Assembly (NCBI GenBank): GCA_031426355.1 | Contig: JANPLD010000118.1 | Coordinates: forward strand, 3,477 to 67,476 | Length of the DNA: 64,000 bases | Origin: Alphaproteobacteria bacterium | GTDB taxonomy: Bacteria; Pseudomonadota; Alphaproteobacteria; Rickettsiales; UBA8987 | Direction of reading: 5' to 3' | In this document: in pieces, positions 38,596 through 46,657 of the stretch | How positions within the stretch are numbered: position 1 is the stretch's first letter | Layout: each line of letters starts with the position of its first letter | The notes under the pieces: model-generated | What the model was told of the DNA's origin: nothing | Databases searched by the model: none | What the model saw: the letters and a program-made list of their open reading frames with translations, nothing else | Program-made: the position numbers and the translations under genes

Positions 38596-40023
38596 TTAAT
38601 GTCCACCATCACTTAATTTTAATCCGTAAACAGACAATATTCCATTTATCTTATCCTTAAGAGCATCAAGCTCAGCCTCTGAATTACCTTCCGCGCGGAT
38701 ACTGATAGCACTTTGCGTGTTAGAAGAACGCACCATCCACCACCCGCCTTTTTCCATTACCCTTATCCCGTCGATCTCGCTTACTTCCGCAGGAGATTCT
38801 TTTATTTTTGCTCGTATTTCTTCCACTATCCTGAGTTTATCAGCTTCAGGAACCATTATACGGTATTCAGGCGATGCATAAGATTTCGGCAATTTTGAAA
38901 CTGCGTCACTTGGCTTAAGTTTTCTTTTTACAAAATAATTTATCAGGCGAACTGCCGCATAGACCGCATCATCATATCCATAATTCTTATCATTAAAGAA
39001 AATATGCCCGCTCATTTCCCCTGCTAACGGTGCGCCGGTTTCCATAAGCTTCTGCTTGATGAATGAATGCCCGGTTTTCCATATTATAGCCTCACCGCCA
39101 AACTCCTTAACCTTATCAAAGAATGCCTGACTGGCTTTCACATCCGCGATTATCTTTGCACCTTTAATATCCGCCAGAACATCATCGGCAAAAAATATCA
39201 TCATCTGATCACCCCAGATTATCCGCCCTTCTCCATCCACAGCACCGATCCTGTCACCATCACCATCAAATGCCAATCCAATGTCGCATTTCTCTTTTTT
39301 TACCAGATCAATTAGCTGTTGTAAATTCTCCGCAACTGTCGGGTCTGGATGATGCGCCGGAAAATTCCCGTCGATCTTTTCATTTATCAGGAAATGTTTT
39401 GCCGGAATTCTTTTTACCAGCTCCCCAACTATCTCACCCGCAGAACCATTCCCCGGATCCCACGCTATTTTAAGGTCTTTTAGGAATTCATTTGAACCTT
39501 CTAGCGCTCCCGCAAGGTTGTTCAAATATTCTTCTTTCACAGGAAAATTATGAACCACTCCTTTGCCTTCTGCAAAATCCCCAGCCTCACACATGCGGCC
39601 TATTTCTTTTATTTCTTCACCAAACAGCGGCGCCTTATTATACATCATCTTAAAACCATTATCCTGCTTCGGGTTATGCGATGCAGTAATAACCATCCCA
39701 CCATCCATATTTTTAGAGCGCACAGTAAAATACACCATCGGGCTTGGTCCAACGCCTATGTCAAACACTTCAGCTCCGGCATCCACCAAACCTTTTATAA
39801 CTTCCGCTTTTAATGACGGCGTTGATATCCTACCATCATAACCAAGCACGAGCTTTGGGTTTTTATTATTTGTTTTTCTGATTATCTTGGTCGCAAATGC
39901 GCGCGCTATATAATAAGCATCTTCCGTAAATATCTGTTTCCCCACTTCCCCGCGTATATCATACGCCCGCAGCGCCGTTGAATTTAAAACTTTAGAGGGG
40001 GTAAGGGAAAAGGGGTAAGGCAT
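38596..40023 (-). CDS. phosphomannomutase/phosphoglucomutase (alpha-D-phosphohexomutase)
   Basis: 475 aa; active-site TASHNP, metal loop DGDGDR, GEMSGH; first 9 codons lie inside a heptad repeat array so the start is uncertain. Confidence 0.9.
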   Translation of the reverse strand: MPYPFSLTPSKVLNSTALRAYDIRGEVGKQIFTEDAYYIARAFATKIIRKTNNKNPKLVLGYDGRISTPSLKAEVIKGLVDAGAEVFDIGVGPSPMVYFTVRSKNMDGGMVITASHNPKQDNGFKMMYNKAPLFGEEIKEIGRMCEAGDFAEGKGVVHNFPVKEEYLNNLAGALEGSNEFLKDLKIAWDPGNGSAGEIVGELVKRIPAKHFLINEKIDGNFPAHHPDPTVAENLQQLIDLVKKEKCDIGLAFDGDGDRIGAVDGEGRIIWGDQMMIFFADDVLADIKGAKIIADVKASQAFFDKVKEFGGEAIIWKTGHSFIKQKLMETGAPLAGEMSGHIFFNDKNYGYDDAVYAAVRLINYFVKRKLKPSDAVSKLPKSYASPEYRIMVPEADKLRIVEEIRAKIKESPAEVSEIDGIRVMEKGGWWMVRSSNTQSAISIRAEGNSEAELDALKDKINGILSVYGLKLSDGGH

Positions 40024-40032
40024 AAGGGATAT
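39998..40032. repeat. array of five GGNNTAA heptads (left arm flanking the four-helix-bundle gene)
   Basis: ggggtaa gggaaaa ggggtaa ggcataa gggatat; reverse complement reads CCTTNNN heptads like the right arm. Confidence 0.75.
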
Positions 40033-40033
40033 A

Positions 40034-40405
40034 TTATATTTTTGTTTTTAGAACTTTTCGTAATGTATTAAGCATTTTTTCTATCTCTCTTATATTTAAA
40101 AATATCTCTTTTAAATCTTCTTTTTTACAAAGCTCAATATCAAAACAAATTATTAATTGCGTTTCAACTTCTGCAAGGGATCCAAGTGCTATGGATAAAA
40201 AATTGATAAAATCTTTTGTACTTCTCCTCGTATGACCTTCAGCAATATTGGAAGGTACAGAAACTGCCGATTTCCTAACTTGAGAAGTAATCCCATATAA
40301 TTCCTCTTTTGGAAACTTCCTTGATAAAAAATATACGTCTTTTGCTAAAATCCTCGCCTTTTTCCAAACCTCTAAATCCCTAAAACTTTTTATCTCTTTT
40401 GTCAT
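40034..40405 (-). CDS. four-helix-bundle protein (23S rRNA intervening-sequence protein / Avd-like family)
   Basis: 123 aa; FRDLEVWKKA...FPKEELYGITSQVRKSAVSVPSNIAEG...FLSIALGSLAEVETQL is the family signature. Confidence 0.9.
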   Translation of the reverse strand: MTKEIKSFRDLEVWKKARILAKDVYFLSRKFPKEELYGITSQVRKSAVSVPSNIAEGHTRRSTKDFINFLSIALGSLAEVETQLIICFDIELCKKEDLKEIFLNIREIEKMLNTLRKVLKTKI

Positions 40406-40410
40406 AAGTT

Positions 40411-40445
40411 CCTTATCCCTTCCCCCTTAAGCCTTATCCCTATTG
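40411..40445. repeat. array of five CCTTNNN heptads (right arm flanking the four-helix-bundle gene)
   Basis: ccttatc ccttccc ccttaag ccttatc cctattg; inverted with respect to 39998-40032; a related array lies at 41962-41994. Confidence 0.75.
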
Positions 40446-40802
40446 TTACTTCACCTTCTCACATTTATTGTGGTTACATTCCAGTTTAATATTTTCCTTC
40501 TCACATTTTACCGCGCAGACATTATTACAAATACCTTTAAAACTTGCTTTTCTTTTCTCCACTATGGTCTGGAATATTTTATGAACATAGAATTTACACC
40601 CGAGCGGGCACATACCTTCCATCACAACGCAGTCTTTATCTGCCTGGCAATGCCTTGCTTCCCTTAAAAATTTCTTAAAATCCGCAACAGCCTGCCCGCA
40701 TTCTGAAAGCTGCATAGCCTTAAGCCCCCTCATCTGCTCACCGTCAGAAGCAAGTGGAAAACAAATCAAAATCAGGAACCCAAAAAATATGATCTTTTTC
40801 AT
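40446..40802 (-). CDS. small secreted Cys-rich protein, translationally coupled to ispB
   Basis: 118 aa; signal peptide MKKIIFFGFLILICFPLA, 12-13 Cys; ATG overlaps ispB stop (TAATG). Confidence 0.5.
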   Translation of the reverse strand: MKKIIFFGFLILICFPLASDGEQMRGLKAMQLSECGQAVADFKKFLREARHCQADKDCVVMEGMCPLGCKFYVHKIFQTIVEKRKASFKGICNNVCAVKCEKENIKLECNHNKCEKVK

Positions 40803-41791
40803 TAACCTTCTCTTTCAATGGAGAACTTTAAAATATCTTCTAACGCCTTACTATATTCATTTTCAGGCAGGTTAGAAAGGTTCTTTTTACCTGCATCACA
40901 ATATTCTATTGCTGTTTTCCGGCAGAATTCCTGTGAATTACTCTCTATCATCAGAGATCTTAACTTCCTGAATTCCTCTTCATTCCTCAGCTCTTCATTA
41001 CCTGAAAATAATTTTTCCATCTCAGCAACTGCTGACTTCTGGCTGCTGATCACCTTATACAAATGAATTACCGGCAGTGTTGCTTTTCCCTCACGAAAAT
41101 CATCACCAAGTTTCTTCCCCCATGAATTCTCATCGGCAAAATAATCAAGCTCATCATCACTTATCTGGAATGATATCCCAAGGTTCCTGCCAAATTTTCC
41201 TGCATTGGTTTTCTGCTCCTCATCTGCATCTGCAATTATGGCTCCAACCCTACCACAGGCTGCGAACAGTTCAGCAGTTTTAGCCGTAATGATATCAATA
41301 TAATCTTCAATGGAAGTTTTAATATCCGCCTTATGCATCAGCTGCTTTATCTCGCCTTCCGTAAGTATTGATGAAGTATGCGAAAGAACTTTTATTATTT
41401 CGAGGCTGCCGGAATCACTCATCATTCCAAATGCCTGCGCCAGTAAAAAATCACCCACCAGAACGCTTGCCGGGTTACCCCATAATTCATTGGCAGTTTT
41501 CCTGCCACGTCGCATCTTGCTGCCATCAACTACATCATCATGGAAGAGCGTCGCCGTATGCAGTAATTCAACACATGCCGCCATTTCTGATATTAGCTTG
41601 CTTTTGCCACCCAGCATCTTGGCACATAATATCAATATTATCGGCCTCAGCCTTTTTCCACCAGCCGTCACTATATGGCTAAGCAAAGATTTTATAAGAT
41701 CAGGCCTCCCCTCCCCAAGCGCAATTATCCTCGCATCAACCGCTTTCAGCTCCTCTTCGTACAAAGGCTTATATTTATGTAATGGACTCAT
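40802..41791 (-). CDS. ispB: polyprenyl (octaprenyl)-diphosphate synthase
   Basis: 329 aa; first DDxxD LFHDDVVDGSKMRRG, second FQISDDELDY. Confidence 0.85.
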   Translation of the reverse strand: MSPLHKYKPLYEEELKAVDARIIALGEGRPDLIKSLLSHIVTAGGKRLRPIILILCAKMLGGKSKLISEMAACVELLHTATLFHDDVVDGSKMRRGRKTANELWGNPASVLVGDFLLAQAFGMMSDSGSLEIIKVLSHTSSILTEGEIKQLMHKADIKTSIEDYIDIITAKTAELFAACGRVGAIIADADEEQKTNAGKFGRNLGISFQISDDELDYFADENSWGKKLGDDFREGKATLPVIHLYKVISSQKSAVAEMEKLFSGNEELRNEEEFRKLRSLMIESNSQEFCRKTAIEYCDAGKKNLSNLPENEYSKALEDILKFSIEREG

Positions 41792-41827
41792 AATTTATCT
41801 AAAATATAAAAATTAATCCCTCTCCTT

Positions 41828-41960
41828 CTTACGGGAGAGGGTTGCGAAGTCTTGCTTTCACAAGAAAGCTAGACGAAGCTGGGTGAGGGTTCATAGTTAA
41901 TAATAACACCACCCCTCACCCTAACCCTCTCCCACAAGGGAAGAGGGAAATAGATTTCTA
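41828..41960. repeat. REP-like cluster of GC-rich hairpins (GGGAGAGGG / GGGTGAGGG motifs)
   Basis: ccctctcc-ttcttac-gggagaggg; gctttc-acaa-gaaagc; gggtgaggg...ccctcaccc; ccctctccc-acaa-gggaagaggg; GC-rich island in AT-rich spacer. Confidence 0.75.
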
Positions 41961-41961
41961 A

Positions 41962-41994
41962 CCCAACTCCTAACTCCCAACGCCTTATTCCCAA
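41962..41994. repeat. heptad array (CCNAANN / CCTTATT type) abutting the squalene-synthase stop codon
   Basis: ctaaccc aactcct aactccc aacgcct tattccc aatcacg; end resembles 40430-40445 (gccttatccctattg vs gccttattcccaatc). Confidence 0.55.
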
Positions 41995-43692
41995 TCACGC
42001 CCCATTGAAAAATATCTGGAATTTCTCATAAGTCGTAAGCGTAATATCATTTCTTTCAAATTCAAAATCTGCGCTTTTCATCTTCTGTAGATATTTCGCA
42101 TAAACCTTCGCCATAAGCATGGCAGGTTTCATATTCTGCTTTTCTTCTTCAGGCAAAAGGTTTAACGCCGAATATAATGACTTTTCTGCTTCAGCCGCCA
42201 TTTCCGCAAAAACCCCCTTCAAGCGCGGCAGGTAAGATTTATAATCCAGCGAAAGCTCAAATGGCTTCAGAACAAGGAAATTATATTTCACTGCTAGTTC
42301 TTTCGGTACATATATGCGGCCCATCCTCGCATCCTCTTCCACATCGCGCAGGATATTTATCAGCTGCAAACCACGTCCAAGTTTTATCGCAAAATCAAAA
42401 ATAACCTGTGAATTCTTTTCATTATAACCAAATATCCTTGTCGATGCCACACCCACACACCCTGCCACATTGAAGCAGTATTTATCCAGCACCCCCCATT
42501 CCGGGAAGAACATTTTCCCGCTAATGTCCATTATCTGCCCGTTTATAACATGCAGCAGGTAATTTTTATGTATGTCATATTTTTTACATATCAGGTTCAC
42601 TTCCCTGATCAGCGGATGCCTAGGATAAGTATCATAATCCAGACTATCGATATTATTGGTCTGCGCAAAAAACTCCCTCAGTGTTTCAGTAGGGTTATGG
42701 CTGGATTCCTTATCGGCAAAATCATCAACTCTTTTACAGTACGCGTAGAATGAAAGCACATCATGCAGCCTTTCACCTTTCATGGTCTTGAGTGGTTTTA
42801 TGAAGGAACTACCAGCCGTTTCCGCCAGAACCCTTGCCATTTTAAGCGGCGCTGTTTTTATGATTGCAAAATATAAACCTTTCGCCAAACAGAATAATTT
42901 TTCAAACTTATTAAGCTCAACCCTTTTCTTCAGAACATCATTCTTACGCAGCTTCCATATAAGCAACTTACATATCTCAACTATAGTAAATAATTCCGCA
43001 CGCACCCTGAAAGATAATATCTTCTCCGGAAAATTCTTAGCCCTATCAAGCATTTCTTGAATTCTATCCAGAACTTTTCCTTTACCTTCCTTTACCTCAT
43101 AACACTCTTTATCCTGCAAAAATTTCTCACGGTTCGGAAAAAACGACCTATCAAAATAAACCCTTTTCAGATTTATATAATCACTTTTTAGATCCTGCAA
43201 ATGATTAAGTAATTGCAGCGTCATACATATCTTATCAGCCTTCTCTATATCGCAGTCAAATTCATGCGTTGCCTCTAAAAACAATTTGCCGATACTTGCC
43301 GCTGAACGATCACAATATTTAAGTGTATCTTCCCATGAATTATATTCCCTGAAGATATTACAATCTTCAATAAAAGCTTCAAGCAGGCCTACACCGCTCC
43401 TTACATCGAACACACCTTTGTTACACAACCTTGAAAATTCTATGGCAAAGTCAGGCAGCTCTGCTTCATTTTTATTTTTTAATGACTCAAGTAATTTTAC
43501 CAGTATCGCCTGGCTATGTATCCTAAAACCATTAGGGTTATCCGCTATCTCATCTGCGCTTCTTGCAAAATTATATAAAGCGCGGATCGGTTTCCTGCTG
43601 CGCTTCGGCACGAGTAAACTCGCCACCGGAAAATTTTCTGACTTCCTGAATATATTCAGTTTTTTGATATCTTTGATATCACTTAATTTCAC
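41995..43692 (-). CDS. fused double squalene/phytoene-synthase-fold protein (HpnC-like N-domain + HpnD-like C-domain)
   Basis: 565 aa; N-half ENFPVAS...YNFARSADEIAD...LQDLKSD; C-half SSFIKPL...YCKRVDDFADK...LRDVEEDARMGRIYVP; both Asp-rich motif pairs present. Confidence 0.75.
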   Translation of the reverse strand: MKLSDIKDIKKLNIFRKSENFPVASLLVPKRSRKPIRALYNFARSADEIADNPNGFRIHSQAILVKLLESLKNKNEAELPDFAIEFSRLCNKGVFDVRSGVGLLEAFIEDCNIFREYNSWEDTLKYCDRSAASIGKLFLEATHEFDCDIEKADKICMTLQLLNHLQDLKSDYINLKRVYFDRSFFPNREKFLQDKECYEVKEGKGKVLDRIQEMLDRAKNFPEKILSFRVRAELFTIVEICKLLIWKLRKNDVLKKRVELNKFEKLFCLAKGLYFAIIKTAPLKMARVLAETAGSSFIKPLKTMKGERLHDVLSFYAYCKRVDDFADKESSHNPTETLREFFAQTNNIDSLDYDTYPRHPLIREVNLICKKYDIHKNYLLHVINGQIMDISGKMFFPEWGVLDKYCFNVAGCVGVASTRIFGYNEKNSQVIFDFAIKLGRGLQLINILRDVEEDARMGRIYVPKELAVKYNFLVLKPFELSLDYKSYLPRLKGVFAEMAAEAEKSLYSALNLLPEEEKQNMKPAMLMAKVYAKYLQKMKSADFEFERNDITLTTYEKFQIFFNGA

Positions 43693-43693
43693 A

Positions 43694-44329
43694 CTAACTC
43701 ACAATATCTTTTACAAATGGAATAGTTATATTCCTTTTTTTCTCAAGGGATTGTTTGGAAATCACTGCTATCGACTCAATTATTTTTCTGTAATCGCGCT
43801 CCATTCTTTTTGAAAGGAACTCCACCACATCAATTGAAACCGTCATCTGCCTGTCAGAAAACAGCTTTATTATCAGCGCCTTTATAACCTCATCATCAGG
43901 CTTTTCTATTATGATATTATAAGCACTTGAGATGCGCGATTTCAGATCATCAGAAAAAGCTTCGCCTTTCGCCTCTTTTATTTCCGCAGCCGTTTTAGTT
44001 GAGGTCAGCAGTAACTTCCCCCCCTCATTATTAATTTTATTTATCAAATGAAATAACTCTTCCCCACCAGCCTTATCTAACTTCTCTATATCTTCAACTA
44101 ACTTCAAACTTCCATCTTCAAACCTCAAACTATTCTTACTGACCCATATATTCGCCAGATGCGTTTTCCCGCTCCCTTCAACTCCGCTAATTAGCGCAAT
44201 ATTCCCCACCCATTCCTCCAGCGGCGACATAACAAAATCAAATGCAGCCTTATTACTCGTTCCAACAATAAAATCGCTTTTTAAATAGCTTTCAAGATCA
44301 CTAAATTCTAATAAAAACTGTTTTGCCAC
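43694..44329 (-). CDS. hda: DnaA regulatory inactivator Hda/HdaA
   Basis: 211 aa; N-terminal QFLLEF clamp-binding-like motif, FIVGTSNKAAF, Walker A GVEGSGKTHL. Confidence 0.75.
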   Translation of the reverse strand: MAKQFLLEFSDLESYLKSDFIVGTSNKAAFDFVMSPLEEWVGNIALISGVEGSGKTHLANIWVSKNSLRFEDGSLKLVEDIEKLDKAGGEELFHLINKINNEGGKLLLTSTKTAAEIKEAKGEAFSDDLKSRISSAYNIIIEKPDDEVIKALIIKLFSDRQMTVSIDVVEFLSKRMERDYRKIIESIAVISKQSLEKKRNITIPFVKDIVS

Positions 44330-44397
44330 ACTTTTATCTTTTTAAATTAATCTTATAATACAAACAATTATACTAAATGCCTAAATTAACCCCTTGG

Positions 44398-44429
44398 TTA
44401 ATTATTTATTAACCTTTGTATATTATACT
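44398..44429 (+). promoter_or_regulatory. CtrA-type box plus -10: TTAA-ttattta-TTAAC-ctttgtatat-TATACT
   Basis: Perfect TTAA-N7-TTAAC, N10, -10-like hexamer 37 nt before ATG 44467; an extra TTAACC half-site at 44386 forms the palindrome TTAACCccttGGTTAA. Confidence 0.6.
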
Positions 44430-44466
44430 ATCAAAATTACTATCATAAAACAAAAAGGGATACACA

Positions 44467-45246
44467 ATGTTAAATGAATTTTTACCAGCTATTGGCACTC
44501 AGCAACAAATGCAAGGCTTAGAAGAGAGAGTACCAAAAGAAATAAAAGGAAAAATATTGCAAGATATTATGAATTCTTCACCCGAAGAATTGCAATCTCT
44601 AAAAACTGCATCAGAAAAACTTTACAATCAGCTTTTACAAATATTAGTAGATGGTACTGACCCAAATGAAGGACCTAACGCATATCGCACACCAGGAACT
44701 GATGGATATTGGCCACCTGATCTTAGAAAATATTTAAATAGTTATACTGAAAGGCATCCCGAAGCAGATGACTGGTTAAAAAATTTAGCTTTATCATCAA
44801 TAAAAGACTATTTTGATCCTTATGAAAAATTAAAAAATAAAGCTTGGGAACTTGAATATACATTAAACTATATAAAAGCAGAAAGTATCATAAGGCACGA
44901 AAACTTTCAGGTTTATAGTGAAATTGAATTTGCTAAACCAGAAATGAGAGAAGAACTGGAGAATTTATTAGAAAACATTTCTATTGAGGGTAAAAATAAG
45001 CCTATTCCTTATGAGAAACTGGAATCTTACGCACATACTACATTATTACAAAAAACAGTTGATAAAGAAACACCTTATATAATCACAAATGAAGAGTTTG
45101 AAAGCGCACAATCAGAACTAAAACAATTTGGTCTAACTTTAGAAAAATATATAGTTGATCCCTCTAAAAACGAAGGATCAATCACCGTATTCAGAGGCGG
45201 TATACCTATAGATGAGAGAAAAGATGTGGCATTTAGCAAGCAATAA
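44467..45246 (+). CDS. hypothetical protein (orphan)
   Basis: 259-aa ORF with SD (aaggga); no motif recognised. Confidence 0.5.
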   Translation: MLNEFLPAIGTQQQMQGLEERVPKEIKGKILQDIMNSSPEELQSLKTASEKLYNQLLQILVDGTDPNEGPNAYRTPGTDGYWPPDLRKYLNSYTERHPEADDWLKNLALSSIKDYFDPYEKLKNKAWELEYTLNYIKAESIIRHENFQVYSEIEFAKPEMREELENLLENISIEGKNKPIPYEKLESYAHTTLLQKTVDKETPYIITNEEFESAQSELKQFGLTLEKYIVDPSKNEGSITVFRGGIPIDERKDVAFSKQ

Positions 45247-45252
45247 TAGACC

Positions 45253-46500
45253 CTAATCTACTTTTTTAGGTGGCCTACCCCTTTTCCTTGGGGAATTATT
45301 ATGTGAGTTCTCAAACCCAAAAACATCAGCATTCTTAGGTGCTTCAGGGTGAACCTTCTGCTTTTCAGCAGCGCGGTTCTGGCTTTCAGTTTCTTCCCTT
45401 CTCACATGGTGCCTATTGTGGTTAGGGCTTTCCAGCGCCATTATCGGATAACCAAGATACAGAGTACTGTTCTTATACCTTGTAAGAGCTGAACGCACCA
45501 GAACCCCAACAATCGCCGTTAGCGGAATAGCTATCATAATACCCGTCAGCCCCATTAATGAACCACCTGCCAATAACCCGAAAATTATCCACACCGGGTG
45601 CAAATTCACTTTATCACCAACTAATTTCGGCGTAATAAAATTACCCTCAATCAAATTTCCAAGGCCAAAAATGAACAGCACGAACAATATCCCGTCCATA
45701 CTGGTGAATTGCAGTAGCGCAATAAGCAGCGCCAGTATCAGGCTCACCGCCATCCCGATATACGGTATGAATGTTAATACCCCCGCCATAATCCCGATCG
45801 CAACCGCATACTCAAGCTTTATAAAGCTTAAATTCACCGCATAAAAAATACCCATTATAATACACACTGTCACCTGCCCACGAATATAAGCCGATACAGT
45901 ACCATCAATCTTCGAAAATTCATTCCTGATAACAAGTAATTTATTCCTAGGTAAAAGATCATCTATCTTCTTAACCATCAGATCCCAGTCACGCAGTAAA
46001 TAGAATGCCACCACCGGGCTTATTATAATGAGCGACAAAAAGTTAAATATAGCCGCACCTGACGTAACTAGATTCTGCAACGATATCGCAATGAACTGCA
46101 CTATCTGAACCGAAAATTTATACGAAAAATCCTGCACCTTCTGTTCAAAACCCGGCGCATATTTTGAGACCAAAGTGCTTATTTTTGTCCCCTGTTTGAA
46201 CTCAAACTCATTGAATATCTGCGGTATCTTTGCCGCAAGATTCTTGAACTGCTCCACAAAAATAGGCCCGAGGAAGAATGCCGTCAACCCGAATATCACC
46301 CCGAAACTGCCTATCACTATCAATGTTGAATTATTCCTTGAAACCCCCGCTTCCTCTATCTTATCAGTTATAGGATCCAAGAAATAAGCCACCACCGCCG
46401 CAAACACGAACGGAAATAACACATTAGATACCAGATATATGAAAACCCCTAAAACGATAAATATTATCGACCAACTAACTACAGACTGTTTTATTTGCAT
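45253..46500 (-). CDS. AI-2E (PerM/YhhT) family transporter with basic C-terminal tail ending in an AT-hook-like motif
   Basis: 415 aa; multi-TM core with AI-2E-type layout; tail ...SPRKRGRPPKKVD. Confidence 0.8.
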   Translation of the reverse strand: MQIKQSVVSWSIIFIVLGVFIYLVSNVLFPFVFAAVVAYFLDPITDKIEEAGVSRNNSTLIVIGSFGVIFGLTAFFLGPIFVEQFKNLAAKIPQIFNEFEFKQGTKISTLVSKYAPGFEQKVQDFSYKFSVQIVQFIAISLQNLVTSGAAIFNFLSLIIISPVVAFYLLRDWDLMVKKIDDLLPRNKLLVIRNEFSKIDGTVSAYIRGQVTVCIIMGIFYAVNLSFIKLEYAVAIGIMAGVLTFIPYIGMAVSLILALLIALLQFTSMDGILFVLFIFGLGNLIEGNFITPKLVGDKVNLHPVWIIFGLLAGGSLMGLTGIMIAIPLTAIVGVLVRSALTRYKNSTLYLGYPIMALESPNHNRHHVRREETESQNRAAEKQKVHPEAPKNADVFGFENSHNNSPRKRGRPPKKVD

Positions 46501-46525
46501 ACGAATTTATGATTACTCTATAAAG

Positions 46526-46640
46526 CAGATAATACGATAATACGTTTTCTTGGCAATAGGCAAAAACCGGGGAAGATAAAAAAGCCGGGAAAACATTTTG
46601 CGTATTTACGCATAATCGTCTAATCGTCTCATACATATAA
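46526..46640. repeat. inverted arrays of CG-phased octamers in the perM/purM divergent spacer
   Basis: Left ataatacg ataatacg (perfect tandem); right cgtattta cgcataat cgtctaat cgtctcat ... ccgtctaa, including perfect tandem taatcgtc taatcgtc; internal direct repeat aaaaaccgggga / aaaaagccggga. Confidence 0.6.
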
Positions 46641-46657
46641 CCGTCTAAATTTATATT

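Noticed and set aside
45585-45593. Perfect DnaA box TTATCCACA
   Set aside because: It is a single copy inside the AI-2E transporter coding region, with no cluster, no AT-rich unwinding element and no origin-type gene context.
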